Shown: positions 40,631 through 50,414 of the stretch, one piece after another
How the letters are laid out: every line of letters starts with the position of its first letter
How positions within the stretch are numbered: position 1 is the first letter of the stretch
DNA from: a virus
IMG/VR virus record: IMGVR_UViG_3300021963_000054
Span: 40,952 to 104,951 of that record
Length of the DNA: 64,000 nt
Direction: 5' to 3' (one strand)
The notes under the pieces: generated by a model
Databases searched by the model: none
What the model was told of the DNA's origin: nothing
What the model saw: the letters and a program-made list of their open reading frames with translations, nothing else
Made by a program: the position numbers and the translations under genes

Positions 40631-41647
40631 ATGGCTACAAATAAACTTTTTGAGGCGGCTGCTGAGATTCTTGCATCAGGCAAGGGTAAGAATGCTATGC
40701 CTCCAGAAAAGCTACCTGGCGAACAAGTTGATGCTGGTGGACCAACCCCACAAAATGCAAAACAAGACGATGACTCGCACAAAATTACTCCCGCATCAAA
40801 GAGTGCTACAGCACCTGCGACTAAGCCTTCTGCGGCTTCTGCTAAACAAGAAGAAGTAGAAGTTGAGGGCGAAGTTGTTTCAGAGGAACAAGTTGAAGAA
40901 GTTGAACTAAATCTTTCCGAAGATATCAACGCCTTGTTTGCTGATGACAACACAATCTCAGAAGAATTCAAACAAAAAGTTACCACAATTTTTGAAGCCC
41001 GTGTCCTTGACCGCGTTAAACAAATTGAGGAAGAAACTGAATCTCGCTACGCATCTATGCTAGAAGAAGCAGTTGAAGCAGTTAAAGAAGACTTGACCGA
41101 AAAAGTAAATGACTATATTGCTTATGTGGTTGAGCAGTGGATGGCAGACAATGAAATTGCAATCGAAAAAGGCATTCGTGCTGAATTGACAGAAGATTTC
41201 ATCTCTGGTCTACGTAATCTATTTGCAGAACACTACATTGATGTTCCTGCTGAAAAAGTTGACCTCGTTGACGAAATGGCTACCAAGATTGATGAATTGG
41301 AAGGCAAGTTAAACGAGGAAGTTGAGCGTTCAGTACAGTATCGTAAAGAACTAGTTGAGGCTCACAAAGTAGAAGTTACCCGTGAAGTATGTGAAGGTTT
41401 GACCGACACTCAAGTTGAAAAAATTAAAGCACTTGCAGAGAGTGTAGAGTTCTCCACAGAGGAAGAATACAAACAAAAACTTGAGACAATTCGTGAAAAT
41501 TATTTCCCTTCTGGTGTAAAGAAGGCTGATGAAGCCCAACTTCACGAACAAGTGTCTGACGATGTTGATACCAAGAAACAACAAGTTTCTAGCGATGCAT
41601 TCGTTAACTCTATTGTTCAATCAATTTCAAAAACAACCCGATTCTAA
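40631..41647 (+). CDS. gp22: prohead scaffold protein gp22
   Basis: SEEFKQKVTTIFEA, YVVEQWMADNEIAIE.GIR.E, LFAEHYIDVP, KLETIRENYF. Confidence 0.93.
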   Translation: MATNKLFEAAAEILASGKGKNAMPPEKLPGEQVDAGGPTPQNAKQDDDSHKITPASKSATAPATKPSAASAKQEEVEVEGEVVSEEQVEEVELNLSEDINALFADDNTISEEFKQKVTTIFEARVLDRVKQIEEETESRYASMLEEAVEAVKEDLTEKVNDYIAYVVEQWMADNEIAIEKGIRAELTEDFISGLRNLFAEHYIDVPAEKVDLVDEMATKIDELEGKLNEEVERSVQYRKELVEAHKVEVTREVCEGLTDTQVEKIKALAESVEFSTEEEYKQKLETIRENYFPSGVKKADEAQLHEQVSDDVDTKKQQVSSDAFVNSIVQSISKTTRF

Positions 41648-41669
41648 TATAAACCAAGGAGAACTCTAA

Positions 41670-43004
41670 ATGTATCTTTCCGAAGACCTACAAAAAAAAT
41701 GGGCGCCTGTTCTAGAACACGCTGACCTACCAAAAATTACTGACCCATACAAACGTGCTGTTACAGCATTGGTACTTGAGAACCAAGTACAAGCTATGGC
41801 TAAAGAAGCTGGCATTCTTAACGAAGCCGCACCAACCAACTCAGCTGGTACTGGTGGTTTCGGTACTGGCGCAACCGCAACTGGACCAGTTGCTGGTTTT
41901 GACCCAATCCTTATCAGCTTGGTTCGCCGTTCACTACCTAACCTAATCGCTTATGATATCTGCGGTGTTCAGCCTATGACTGGCCCAACAGGCATGATTT
42001 TCGCAATGCGTTCTATGTACGGTACTGACCGTGTGCCTTCAACTGGTACCGAAGCATTCTTCAACGAAGCTAATACGACTTTCTCTGCACCAGGCGGTTC
42101 GCTTGCACAGCAAAGTTTTGGTATGAAGTCTTCTACATCTGACCGTCCATATGGCGTGTTTGATGCTAATACTTCTACCGGTCTTGCTACAGCATCTGGT
42201 GAAGGTGACGCACTTGCTGAAATGGGCTTCTCAATCGAGAAAGTTACCGTTACAGCTAAGACCCGTCAATTGAAAGCTGAATACTCAATGGAATTGGCAC
42301 AAGACTTGAAAGCAGTTCATGGTCTTGACGCTGAAACCGAATTGAGCAACATTCTTTCTTCTGAGATTCTTGCTGAAATCAACCGTGAAGTTCTACGTAC
42401 AATCTATACAGTTGCTAAAGTTGGCTGTAAAGTTGGTACAACCACAGTTGGTACTTTTGACCTTGACACCGATTCTAACGGTCGTTGGATGGTTGAAAAA
42501 GTTAAAGGCTTGGCATTCCAATTGGAACGTGAAGCTAACACCATTGCTAAGACAACCCGTCGTGGTAAAGGTAACGTGATGATTTGTTCTTCTGATGTTG
42601 CTTCTGCTCTTGCAATGGCTGGCATCCTAGACTATTCATCAGCACTACAAGGTCAAGTTAACCTAACAGTTGACGATACCGGTAACACCTTTGCTGGTAC
42701 ATTGTTTGGCCGTATCAAAGTGTATATTGATCCATATTTCGGCGCTAACTCTACTTCTGAGTTCGCAGTTATGGGCTTCAAAGGTTCTAACGCTTATGAT
42801 GCTGGTCTATTCTACTGCCCATACGTTCCTCTACAAATGGTTCGTGCAGTTGATACCACAACCTTCCAGCCAAAAATTGGCTTCAAGACCCGTTACGGTC
42901 TAGTTGCTAACCCATTTGCAGAAGGCACAACCCAAGGTTCTGGTGGTTTGAACGTAGGTGCAAACTTCTATTACAGAGGATTTAAAATCACGAATATAAT
43001 GTGA
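41670..43004 (+). CDS. gp23: major capsid protein gp23
   Basis: KWAPVL, DPILISLVRR..PNLIAYDICGVQPMTGPTG, ELAQDLKAVHGLDAE, FQPKIGFKTRYG. Confidence 0.97.
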   Translation: MYLSEDLQKKWAPVLEHADLPKITDPYKRAVTALVLENQVQAMAKEAGILNEAAPTNSAGTGGFGTGATATGPVAGFDPILISLVRRSLPNLIAYDICGVQPMTGPTGMIFAMRSMYGTDRVPSTGTEAFFNEANTTFSAPGGSLAQQSFGMKSSTSDRPYGVFDANTSTGLATASGEGDALAEMGFSIEKVTVTAKTRQLKAEYSMELAQDLKAVHGLDAETELSNILSSEILAEINREVLRTIYTVAKVGCKVGTTTVGTFDLDTDSNGRWMVEKVKGLAFQLEREANTIAKTTRRGKGNVMICSSDVASALAMAGILDYSSALQGQVNLTVDDTGNTFAGTLFGRIKVYIDPYFGANSTSEFAVMGFKGSNAYDAGLFYCPYVPLQMVRAVDTTTFQPKIGFKTRYGLVANPFAEGTTQGSGGLNVGANFYYRGFKITNIM

Positions 43005-43034
43005 TTATAACCCCACATTAAGATGGGGATTTAC

Positions 43035-43060
43035 AGAGGGAACTTAGGTTCCCTCTTTTT
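43035..43060 (+). terminator. rho-independent terminator after gp23
   Basis: agagggaac-ttag-gttccctct followed by tttt. Confidence 0.85.
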
Positions 43061-43101
43061 GTTTATGTTTTACATAAAGTTATTAAATTATAAATAAGAA
43101 T

Positions 43102-43659
43102 ATGATTAAACACAAACATCATATCATACCGAGACATGCGGGTGGAACCAACCATCCATCAAATCTAATTGAATTGACTATAGAAGAACATGCAGAGGCA
43201 CACAGAATCTTGTATGAAGAATATGGTAGAAACGAAGATAAGTGGGCATGGTTAGGTTTGTCTGGTCAAATAGGTAAAGATGAAATATTAAGGCAAATTG
43301 CTATGGCACAAAAAGGTGTAAAGAAACCAGAAGGATTTGGTGAAAAGATTAGTGCATTCAGAAAGACATTTAAGTATTCAGAAGAATCTAAAAAGAAAAT
43401 GAGTGATGCTAAAATAGGTAAATCTATTTCAGCGGAACAAAAAGAAAAAATAAGACAATCAAATATAGGTAAAAAACAAACTGATTATCAAAAACAAAGA
43501 GCCTCAGAAACAAGACAAAAAAAATATATGTTGACTAATCCAGATGGTGAATCATTTGAAGTATTGAATTTATCAAAATTTTGTAGGGAAAACGGATTCA
43601 ACCAAGCAAATATGTGTATGTCAAGGATTAAAGGATGGACTTGTAAAAAGATTATATAA
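43102..43659 (+). mobile_element. free-standing HNH homing endonuclease with NUMOD3-like repeats
   Basis: HKHHIIPRHAGG...SNLIELTIEEHAEAH, SEESKKKMSDAK.G repeats; very AT/K-rich; flanked by TATAAATA boxes at 43089 and 43655. Confidence 0.85.
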
Positions 43660-43667
43660 ATATACGT

Positions 43668-44207
43668 ATGGCAACTACACCAACATCTAGCACTCCACTA
43701 AATCAGAATTTTTTACACCCAAATAAGTTTCAATTAACTTTTTCACGGGTGCCAAACATTCAATATTTCTGTCAAGCGGTATCAGTACCAGGCATATCTA
43801 TGGGAGAAGTACCAGTATCTACACCATTCGTAGAAAAGTATTCTCCTGGTGAAAAAGCAATTTATGATATGCTCAATGTTACATTTGCTATTGACGAAGA
43901 AATGCGTTCATGGATTGAGATACACGATTGGATTCGTGCTATGACATTCCCAGAAGACTTTGAACAATACAGAGAATTGCCTAGATTATCTAAAAATTTT
44001 GGTAATCCAAAGACGCCACAATTTTCTGACGCAACACTTACCATATACTCATCTGCATTTACACCACTTTACAGATTTAAGTTTGTAGATGTATTTCCAA
44101 CATCACTGGCATCTTTCATGTTAGCATCACAAGATACACCAGAAAATATTCTAACATCTGATGCATCTTTCAGATATACCTACTACACTATTGACAAAAT
44201 GTTTTAA
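43668..44207 (+). CDS. gp3: tail completion/tube terminator gp3
   Basis: NFLHPNKFQL..RVPNIQYFCQ.V.VPGI, F.IDE.M..W.EIHDW, DATL.I, FPTSL. Confidence 0.9.
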   Translation: MATTPTSSTPLNQNFLHPNKFQLTFSRVPNIQYFCQAVSVPGISMGEVPVSTPFVEKYSPGEKAIYDMLNVTFAIDEEMRSWIEIHDWIRAMTFPEDFEQYRELPRLSKNFGNPKTPQFSDATLTIYSSAFTPLYRFKFVDVFPTSLASFMLASQDTPENILTSDASFRYTYYTIDKMF

Positions 44208-44219
44208 TTGATGTATACT
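44191..44219 (+). promoter_or_regulatory. sigma70-like early promoter for uvsY-uvsW
   Basis: TTGACA-17-TATACT. Confidence 0.75.
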
Positions 44220-44238
44220 CCTACAAGGAGGAATTGTA

Positions 44239-44673
44239 ATGACTAAACTTGAAGAATTGATGAATGAATGGGCTAAAGATTCCCAGATTGATAGAACTGA
44301 GCCAGGTAAAGCACTAATTGATATACCACAGCTTCATAGCAAGTATCTGAACATTCTATCACGCCACAAGTTGCTTTGTAAAGAAGCTGACTTCAAATAT
44401 TCCCGGATGAAGAAAATTAAATGGGAATACTATACTGGTAAGATGGGCGATGATGATTTGCAGAAGTATGGCTGGGCACCATTTCCATTCACAATCAAGT
44501 CTGAAATTACCACATACATGGAAGCAGATGAGGACTTGAATAAATTCATAGCATCTAGAATGATACATGAAGAAATCGTTAATTGCTGTGAGTTGATTTT
44601 GAAAGAACTACATAGTAGAACATTTCAACTTAAATCATTTATTGATTGGGAACGGTTCGTTCAAGGTGTCTGA
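44239..44673 (+). CDS. uvsY: recombination mediator UvsY
   Basis: W.KDSQID, IPQLHSKYL, WEYYTGK, Y..ADEDL, RTFQLK..IDW..F. Confidence 0.9.
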   Translation: MTKLEELMNEWAKDSQIDRTEPGKALIDIPQLHSKYLNILSRHKLLCKEADFKYSRMKKIKWEYYTGKMGDDDLQKYGWAPFPFTIKSEITTYMEADEDLNKFIASRMIHEEIVNCCELILKELHSRTFQLKSFIDWERFVQGV

Positions 44674-46132
44674 TTTAATTATTAGTAAAGTGAACGAGGC
44701 TTATATAAAACTAGAGTGTGAGAAAAGCCTCGCTCAAGAAATATCTGACCATTTCACATTTCATGTGCCGGGTTATCAATTTACTCCAGCGTACAAGAAT
44801 AGATTGTGGGATGGTAAGATACGTCTTCTTGATTTAAGAACATACTGCATGTACTATGGTTTGATACCATACATACAAAAGTTTTGTGATGATAGAAATT
44901 ACAAGATATATTATTACCCAGAAGTTAACTTAACCAACAACTTCTCAATTAAAGAAGCAGAACAATTTGTTTCTACATTAAATTTACCTATTGTTCCAAG
45001 AGATTATCAACTATCATCTTTTGTTCATGCAATAAGAAACAAACGTTCATTGCTTCTTTCACCAACTGCATCGGGCAAATCTCTTATTCTTTATTTGATT
45101 CTACGCAAGATTCAAGATGAAGACCACAAGAAAGGTTTGTTGATTGTACCAACAACATCTTTGGTAGAACAGATGTACTCAGATTTCAAATCATACGGAT
45201 ATGATTCGGAAACAAACTGCCATAAACAATACGCAGGTAAAGATAAAAACACAGACAAGTTTTTAACCATCACAACTTGGCAATCTATCTACAATCGTGA
45301 ACCAGAATACTTTGAACAATTTGATTTTGTTCTTGGTGATGAAGCACATCAATTCAAAGCTAAATCATTAGCTACAATTATGGGTGGTCTTACAGAAGCC
45401 AAGTATCGTATAGGTTGTACTGGTACACTTGATGGTACACAAACACACAAACTTGTACTTGAAGGTTTGTTTGGTGCTGTGTTGAAAGTAATAACTACCA
45501 AAGAATTGATTGACAACAAACAACTTGCAGATTTCAAAATAAAATGTCTGATACTCAAATATCCAGAAGAAGTATGTAAGCAAGCTAGGTCTTGGGACTA
45601 TCAATCCGAGATAGAATACATAGTTATGAATGCACAAAGAAATGCATTCATTAAAAATTTAGTTTTGTCATTAAAAGGAAACTCTCTAGTTCTCTTTCAA
45701 TTGGTTGAGAAACACGGTAAAGAATTGTTTAAGTTGATAGACGCTGAAAAGGGAAATCGTAAAGTATTTTTTGTTTACGGAGATACAGATGTTGAAGTCA
45801 GAGAATCAATTCGTGCTATTACAGAAGAAGAAAATGATGCTATTATTGTGGCATCTTATGGCACTTTTAGTACTGGCGTTAACATTCGCAACCTACACAA
45901 CGTCATCTTTGCTTCTCCATCTAAATCTCGCATTCGCAATTTGCAGTCCATTGGTCGTGGATTACGAAAGGGCGACAACAAAGAATCAGCAGTCTTATTT
46001 GACATTTCAGACGATTTTAGAATAGGCAAGTTTACCAATTTTACCTTGAAACATTTTGTGGAACGTGTTAAAATATATGAAGATGAGAAGTTCACTTACA
46101 AGTTTTACAACATAGAGTTAAAAAATGCATAA
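44666..46132 (+). CDS. uvsW: DNA helicase UvsW
   Basis: PRDYQ, SPTASGKS, DEAH, GTFSTGVNI, QSIGRGLR; probable GTG start at 44666. Confidence 0.95.
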   Translation: MSDLIISKVNEAYIKLECEKSLAQEISDHFTFHVPGYQFTPAYKNRLWDGKIRLLDLRTYCMYYGLIPYIQKFCDDRNYKIYYYPEVNLTNNFSIKEAEQFVSTLNLPIVPRDYQLSSFVHAIRNKRSLLLSPTASGKSLILYLILRKIQDEDHKKGLLIVPTTSLVEQMYSDFKSYGYDSETNCHKQYAGKDKNTDKFLTITTWQSIYNREPEYFEQFDFVLGDEAHQFKAKSLATIMGGLTEAKYRIGCTGTLDGTQTHKLVLEGLFGAVLKVITTKELIDNKQLADFKIKCLILKYPEEVCKQARSWDYQSEIEYIVMNAQRNAFIKNLVLSLKGNSLVLFQLVEKHGKELFKLIDAEKGNRKVFFVYGDTDVEVRESIRAITEEENDAIIVASYGTFSTGVNIRNLHNVIFASPSKSRIRNLQSIGRGLRKGDNKESAVLFDISDDFRIGKFTNFTLKHFVERVKIYEDEKFTYKFYNIELKNA

Positions 46133-46541
46133 CGAAATAAAAATTCTAAGATTACAAGATGGCGAAGATATTATAGCCTCGTATCATATAGATGAAAGCA
46201 AAATGGTGGTGATGAATAATCCTATGACTTTGTTCTTTAAGAGAATCAGTTCTGGCAAGTCTATGGTTATGATGGCACCATGGTTGCCTTTAGAATTGAT
46301 TGGTGAGAATACAGCTAGAGTATATGAGACTAGCGTTCTTACGATGATTGAGCCTAAGAAGTCGCTCGTTGATTACTACCTGAGTGCTGTTGAAGAATCT
46401 AATGAATTGATTCAGATGAGTGCAGACGCTATTGATGAAGCGTTGCTTAATGAGTGTGATGATGATTATGATGAAGACGATGCTGAGTTTGAGCAAGTTC
46501 AAGAGTCAATTAAAGAAACCAAGAAGAACTTATTACATTAA
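46125..46541 (+). CDS. conserved hypothetical protein between uvsW and gp55
   Basis: IKILRLQDGEDII..NPM..PWLP Sm-like N-terminus, acidic tail ending LLH. Confidence 0.75.
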   Translation: MHNEIKILRLQDGEDIIASYHIDESKMVVMNNPMTLFFKRISSGKSMVMMAPWLPLELIGENTARVYETSVLTMIEPKKSLVDYYLSAVEESNELIQMSADAIDEALLNECDDDYDEDDAEFEQVQESIKETKKNLLH

Positions 46542-46561
46542 TTGCAGACCCCACAGGGTGT

Positions 46562-46590
46562 ATTGTACGCACGACACTGGCGGTTGTCAA
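46562..46590 (-). promoter_or_regulatory. antisense sigma70-like promoter upstream of gp55
   Basis: Minus strand reads TTGACA-17-TACAAT. Confidence 0.65.
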
Positions 46591-46608
46591 GTGTTATTTT
46601 AGGAAATA

Positions 46609-47172
46609 ATGATGAAAGAGAAACACTACGTTAACAATGCCGATTTTTTGAAGGCATTGATAGACTATAAAACTGCATGTGATGCAGCCAAAGCAGAAAG
46701 TAAGGATGATCCTATAGTACCAAACTATATCGGTGAATGTTTCCTAAAAATTGCTAACCATTTATCACGCAAACCAAACTTCATATCGTATTCTTTCCGA
46801 GAAGAAATGGTATGCGATGGTATTGAGAATTGCATAATGTATTTTCGGAACTTTGATCCAACAAAGTCTTCCAATCCATTCGCATATTTTACCCAAATCA
46901 TATACTTTGCTTTTCTAAGGCGCATTCAAAAAGAAAAGAAACAACTCTATGTAAAGTATAAAGCTACTGAACAGTTTGGACTTCTTGATGAAGGCGAAAT
47001 GTATGAAGATGTGGATGGTAACATGAAACAATTTGTTTTGTATGACAATCTTTCCGAATTCATTCAAACATTTGAAGCAAAGAAAAACGAAAAGAAGAAA
47101 ACAAAACTAAAAGTACTTGATAAATTCCTAGAAGAAGATATCATAGACGAACAATTACCTGACAAAAATTAA
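46609..47172 (+). CDS. gp55: late-transcription sigma factor gp55
   Basis: HYVNNADF, YIGECFLKIA.HLS.KPNF..Y, DGIENC, NPFAYFTQIIYFAFLRRIQKEKKQ. Confidence 0.96.
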   Translation: MMKEKHYVNNADFLKALIDYKTACDAAKAESKDDPIVPNYIGECFLKIANHLSRKPNFISYSFREEMVCDGIENCIMYFRNFDPTKSSNPFAYFTQIIYFAFLRRIQKEKKQLYVKYKATEQFGLLDEGEMYEDVDGNMKQFVLYDNLSEFIQTFEAKKNEKKKTKLKVLDKFLEEDIIDEQLPDKN

Positions 47173-47185
47173 TTTATGGAGTATA

Positions 47186-47638
47186 ATGATGCTAGTATTG
47201 CCTGATAATATGATTGGTAAGCCTGTTGGTTTTACTTGTTCCACTTTTGATTTGCTACATGCTGGTCACATTCTGATGTTAGCCGAAGCAAAATCAATCT
47301 GTGATTACCTAATTGTTGCGTTGCAGATGGATCCATCAATTGATAGACCAGAATCTAAAAACAAACCAGTTCAGTCTATTGTTGAACGATATGTCCAACT
47401 TTCCGCTGTTAAATTTGTAGATGAAATTATTGTGTACCAGACAGAGAAAGATTTGGAAGATATGTTGATGTTCTTGCCAATTACAATACGAATTATTGGT
47501 GAAGAATACAAAGACAAAGATTTTACTGGTAAACAAATTTGTGAAGATAGAGCAATTAAAATTTTCTACAACCAACGCAGACATAGTTTTTCAACAACCG
47601 AATTACGTAAGAGAGTGGCTAATAAAAGTACACTATGA
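47186..47638 (+). CDS. cytidylyltransferase (TagD/glycerol-3-phosphate CT-like)
   Basis: GFTCSTFDLLHAGH (HxGH), KNKPVQS..ER, VDEI..Y, R.HSFSTT.LR; start may be 47189 or 47210. Confidence 0.88.
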   Translation: MMLVLPDNMIGKPVGFTCSTFDLLHAGHILMLAEAKSICDYLIVALQMDPSIDRPESKNKPVQSIVERYVQLSAVKFVDEIIVYQTEKDLEDMLMFLPITIRIIGEEYKDKDFTGKQICEDRAIKIFYNQRRHSFSTTELRKRVANKSTL

Positions 47639-48705
47639 AGATTGCTTTAATTAATGATACACATGCTGGCGCACGTGGTGATAGTTTATTGTTCAATGAG
47701 TTCTTTTTTAAATTCTGGGAAGGTACATTCTTTCCATACCTAAAAGAGAATAACATAACTCAGATTGTGCATCTTGGTGATGTAGTTGATAGACGCAAAT
47801 TTATCAACTACGTCATTTTGAATTCTTGGCGTAAACGATTCTTTGATGTGCTTGAAAAAGAAAACATCAAGATGGATATCATCGTTGGTAACCATGATGT
47901 GACATACAAGAACACAAACGAAATTAATGCTATGCATGAATTGTTTGATAGGTATGATAACATCAATGTGTTTATTGATCCTGTTGAAAGAACTTATGAT
48001 AGTCTTCCAATCGCATTGGTACCATGGATCAATTCATCCAACTACGAAAATTCACTTCAGTTTTTGCGTGATACAAAATCGGAAATTGTTTTTGGGCACT
48101 TTGAGATTTCTGGTTTTGAGATGGACAGAGGTAATGTTTGTCATGCTGGACTAGATAAGAAAATCTTTGACAGATTTGATATGGTTCTATCTGGACACTT
48201 TCATCACAAGTCTTCGGATGGTACAATTCATTATCTTGGTAATCAATACGAAATTACCTGGACAGATTACAATGATCCGAGAGGCTTTCATATCTTTGAT
48301 ACCGAGACAAGAGAGTTGACATTCGTTTCAAATCCGTGTAGAATGTTCTACAAGATTAGCTATGATGATGAATCACAATCGTTTGAGTACTGGAAAGCAT
48401 ATGAATTCTCGGTACACAAAGACACTTATGTTAAAGTGGTTGTGGTAAACAAAACAAATGCTTATCTTTTTGATTATGTGCTTGAGCAATTAAACAAAGC
48501 TGGTGTATCCGATGTGGCTGTGGTAGAAGATTTTTCTGATACCACAATAGATGATGACCAAGAACTAGTTGACCAAGCGGAAGATACCATGACTATTCTT
48601 TCCAAGTATATTGATGGGTTGACACTTGATGTAGATTCTGATAAACTAAAGAATCTAATGCGTGAGTTATATGTTGAATCTTTGAATGTTGAAGTGACTG
48701 AATGA
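47635..48705 (+). CDS. gp47: recombination endonuclease gp47 (Mre11-like)
   Basis: DTH.G, LGDVVDRRK, GNHD, SGHFH, YLGN.YE.TW.D. Confidence 0.95.
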   Translation: MKIALINDTHAGARGDSLLFNEFFFKFWEGTFFPYLKENNITQIVHLGDVVDRRKFINYVILNSWRKRFFDVLEKENIKMDIIVGNHDVTYKNTNEINAMHELFDRYDNINVFIDPVERTYDSLPIALVPWINSSNYENSLQFLRDTKSEIVFGHFEISGFEMDRGNVCHAGLDKKIFDRFDMVLSGHFHHKSSDGTIHYLGNQYEITWTDYNDPRGFHIFDTETRELTFVSNPCRMFYKISYDDESQSFEYWKAYEFSVHKDTYVKVVVVNKTNAYLFDYVLEQLNKAGVSDVAVVEDFSDTTIDDDQELVDQAEDTMTILSKYIDGLTLDVDSDKLKNLMRELYVESLNVEVTE

Positions 48706-50414
48706 TTTTTTTCAAAGCGATAAAATTTAAGAACTTTCTATCCACTGGTAATTACTTCACAGAAATTAATCTGTGTAATAGTACCAACACACTGGTAGTA
48801 GGAACAAACGGCGCCGGTAAGTCTACCTTGCTTGATGCGCTGTGCTTTGTTTTGTTTGGAAAACCATTTCGTTCTATCAATAAACCACAACTGGTAAACT
48901 CAATCAATCAAAAAGATTGTGTGGTTGAATGTGAGTTTAGTATCGGAAGCAAGAATTTTAAGATTGTTCGTGGTATCAAACCAAACATCTTTCAAATTTA
49001 TGTTGATGGTGAAATGTTGAATCAAGATGCGGCTGTAAAAGACTACCAAGAACACCTAGAGAAATTTATTCTCAAACTTAATTATAAGTCTTTCACACAG
49101 ATTGTCATTCTCGGTTCAGCATCTTTTGTGCCATTCATGCAACTATCTGCGGCTGACCGCAGAGCAATCATTGAAGATTTGCTGGACATTCAAATCTTTT
49201 CTACCATGAATAGTTTGTTGAAAGATAAACACTCAATCAATAAAGAAACTGTTCAGAGTAACAAGCATGAATTAGACTTGTGTTCCAATCAACACAAATT
49301 GGTAGAAGAACATACAGAAAAAATCAAAAAGACTACCGATGAATTGATTGTAAGCAAAGAGTTGGAAGTAGCGAATGTTTGGCTTGAGATTGATTTGGTG
49401 CAAACCGAAATTCAATCAATGAACACACAAATTGTAGAGTTGCAAAAAGCAATAGAAGACAAAACTGTGGTGAATGACAAACTCAAAAAATTGAACCAGT
49501 TTGAAACTCAGATTGAAACCAATCTGTCCAAGTATCGTAAAGACATAAACTTTTTCCTAAATAACGATGACTGCCCAACATGCAGACAAAGTATCCAACT
49601 AGAGTTTAAAGATAATCAAGTAAAAGATTTGAATGATAAAGCTGAAAAGTGTACACATGGTTTGTCCAAACTAGAAGCTGACATTCTAGCACAACAAAAC
49701 AGATTGAATGAGATTACCAAAATTTCTAGTGAGATTCAAGTCAAGCAAGTTGCTGTTGCATCCAATAACTCCACTATTGTGGAATTAAATAAGTACATAG
49801 GTAAATTGCAAAAAGAGATAGGAGTATTGTCATCATCCAAGGAAGACTTGTCCTCGGAGACCAATAAACTTCTCGCATTGAAAACACAATTAGAGCAACT
49901 AGAATCCAAAAAGAAATTGTTAATAGAAGAAAAAACATATCTTGAAGCCGCCTCTCTGTTGTTAAAAGATACTGGTATCAAAACAAAAATTATTAAACAG
50001 TATTTGCCTATCATAAACAAGTTGGTAAATAAGTATCTAGCATCGCTGGATTTCTTTGTCAATTTCAATCTTGATGAATCGTTCAAAGAAACAATCAAGT
50101 CACGCCATCGTGATGAATTTAGTTATGCATCGTTTAGTGAAGGTGAGAAACAGAGAATTGATATGGCACTTATGTTGACATGGAGAGCAGTAGCAAAACT
50201 TAAGAATTCTACCAATACTAATTTGTTAATTTTGGATGAAGTGTTTGATAGTAGCCTAGATAATAATGGAACTGAGTACTTGATGACAATTCTACAGATG
50301 CTTGAAGATGTTAATCTATTTGTGATATCACACAAGGGTGACATACTGCAAGATAAGTTCCGAAACTTAATTCGGTTTGAGAAGGTAAATAATTTTTCAA
50401 GGATAGTAAAATGA
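48702..50414 (+). CDS. gp46: recombination ATPase gp46 (Rad50-like)
   Basis: GTNGAGKST, CPTC zinc hook, FSEGEK, LILDEVFDSSLD, ISHK. Confidence 0.96.
   Translation: MIFFKAIKFKNFLSTGNYFTEINLCNSTNTLVVGTNGAGKSTLLDALCFVLFGKPFRSINKPQLVNSINQKDCVVECEFSIGSKNFKIVRGIKPNIFQIYVDGEMLNQDAAVKDYQEHLEKFILKLNYKSFTQIVILGSASFVPFMQLSAADRRAIIEDLLDIQIFSTMNSLLKDKHSINKETVQSNKHELDLCSNQHKLVEEHTEKIKKTTDELIVSKELEVANVWLEIDLVQTEIQSMNTQIVELQKAIEDKTVVNDKLKKLNQFETQIETNLSKYRKDINFFLNNDDCPTCRQSIQLEFKDNQVKDLNDKAEKCTHGLSKLEADILAQQNRLNEITKISSEIQVKQVAVASNNSTIVELNKYIGKLQKEIGVLSSSKEDLSSETNKLLALKTQLEQLESKKKLLIEEKTYLEAASLLLKDTGIKTKIIKQYLPIINKLVNKYLASLDFFVNFNLDESFKETIKSRHRDEFSYASFSEGEKQRIDMALMLTWRAVAKLKNSTNTNLLILDEVFDSSLDNNGTEYLMTILQMLEDVNLFVISHKGDILQDKFRNLIRFEKVNNFSRIVK

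Noticed and set aside
32392-43004. Introns or inteins in terminase, portal or capsid genes
   Set aside because: The ORFs are continuous and of normal length, with no intein C...HN signatures.
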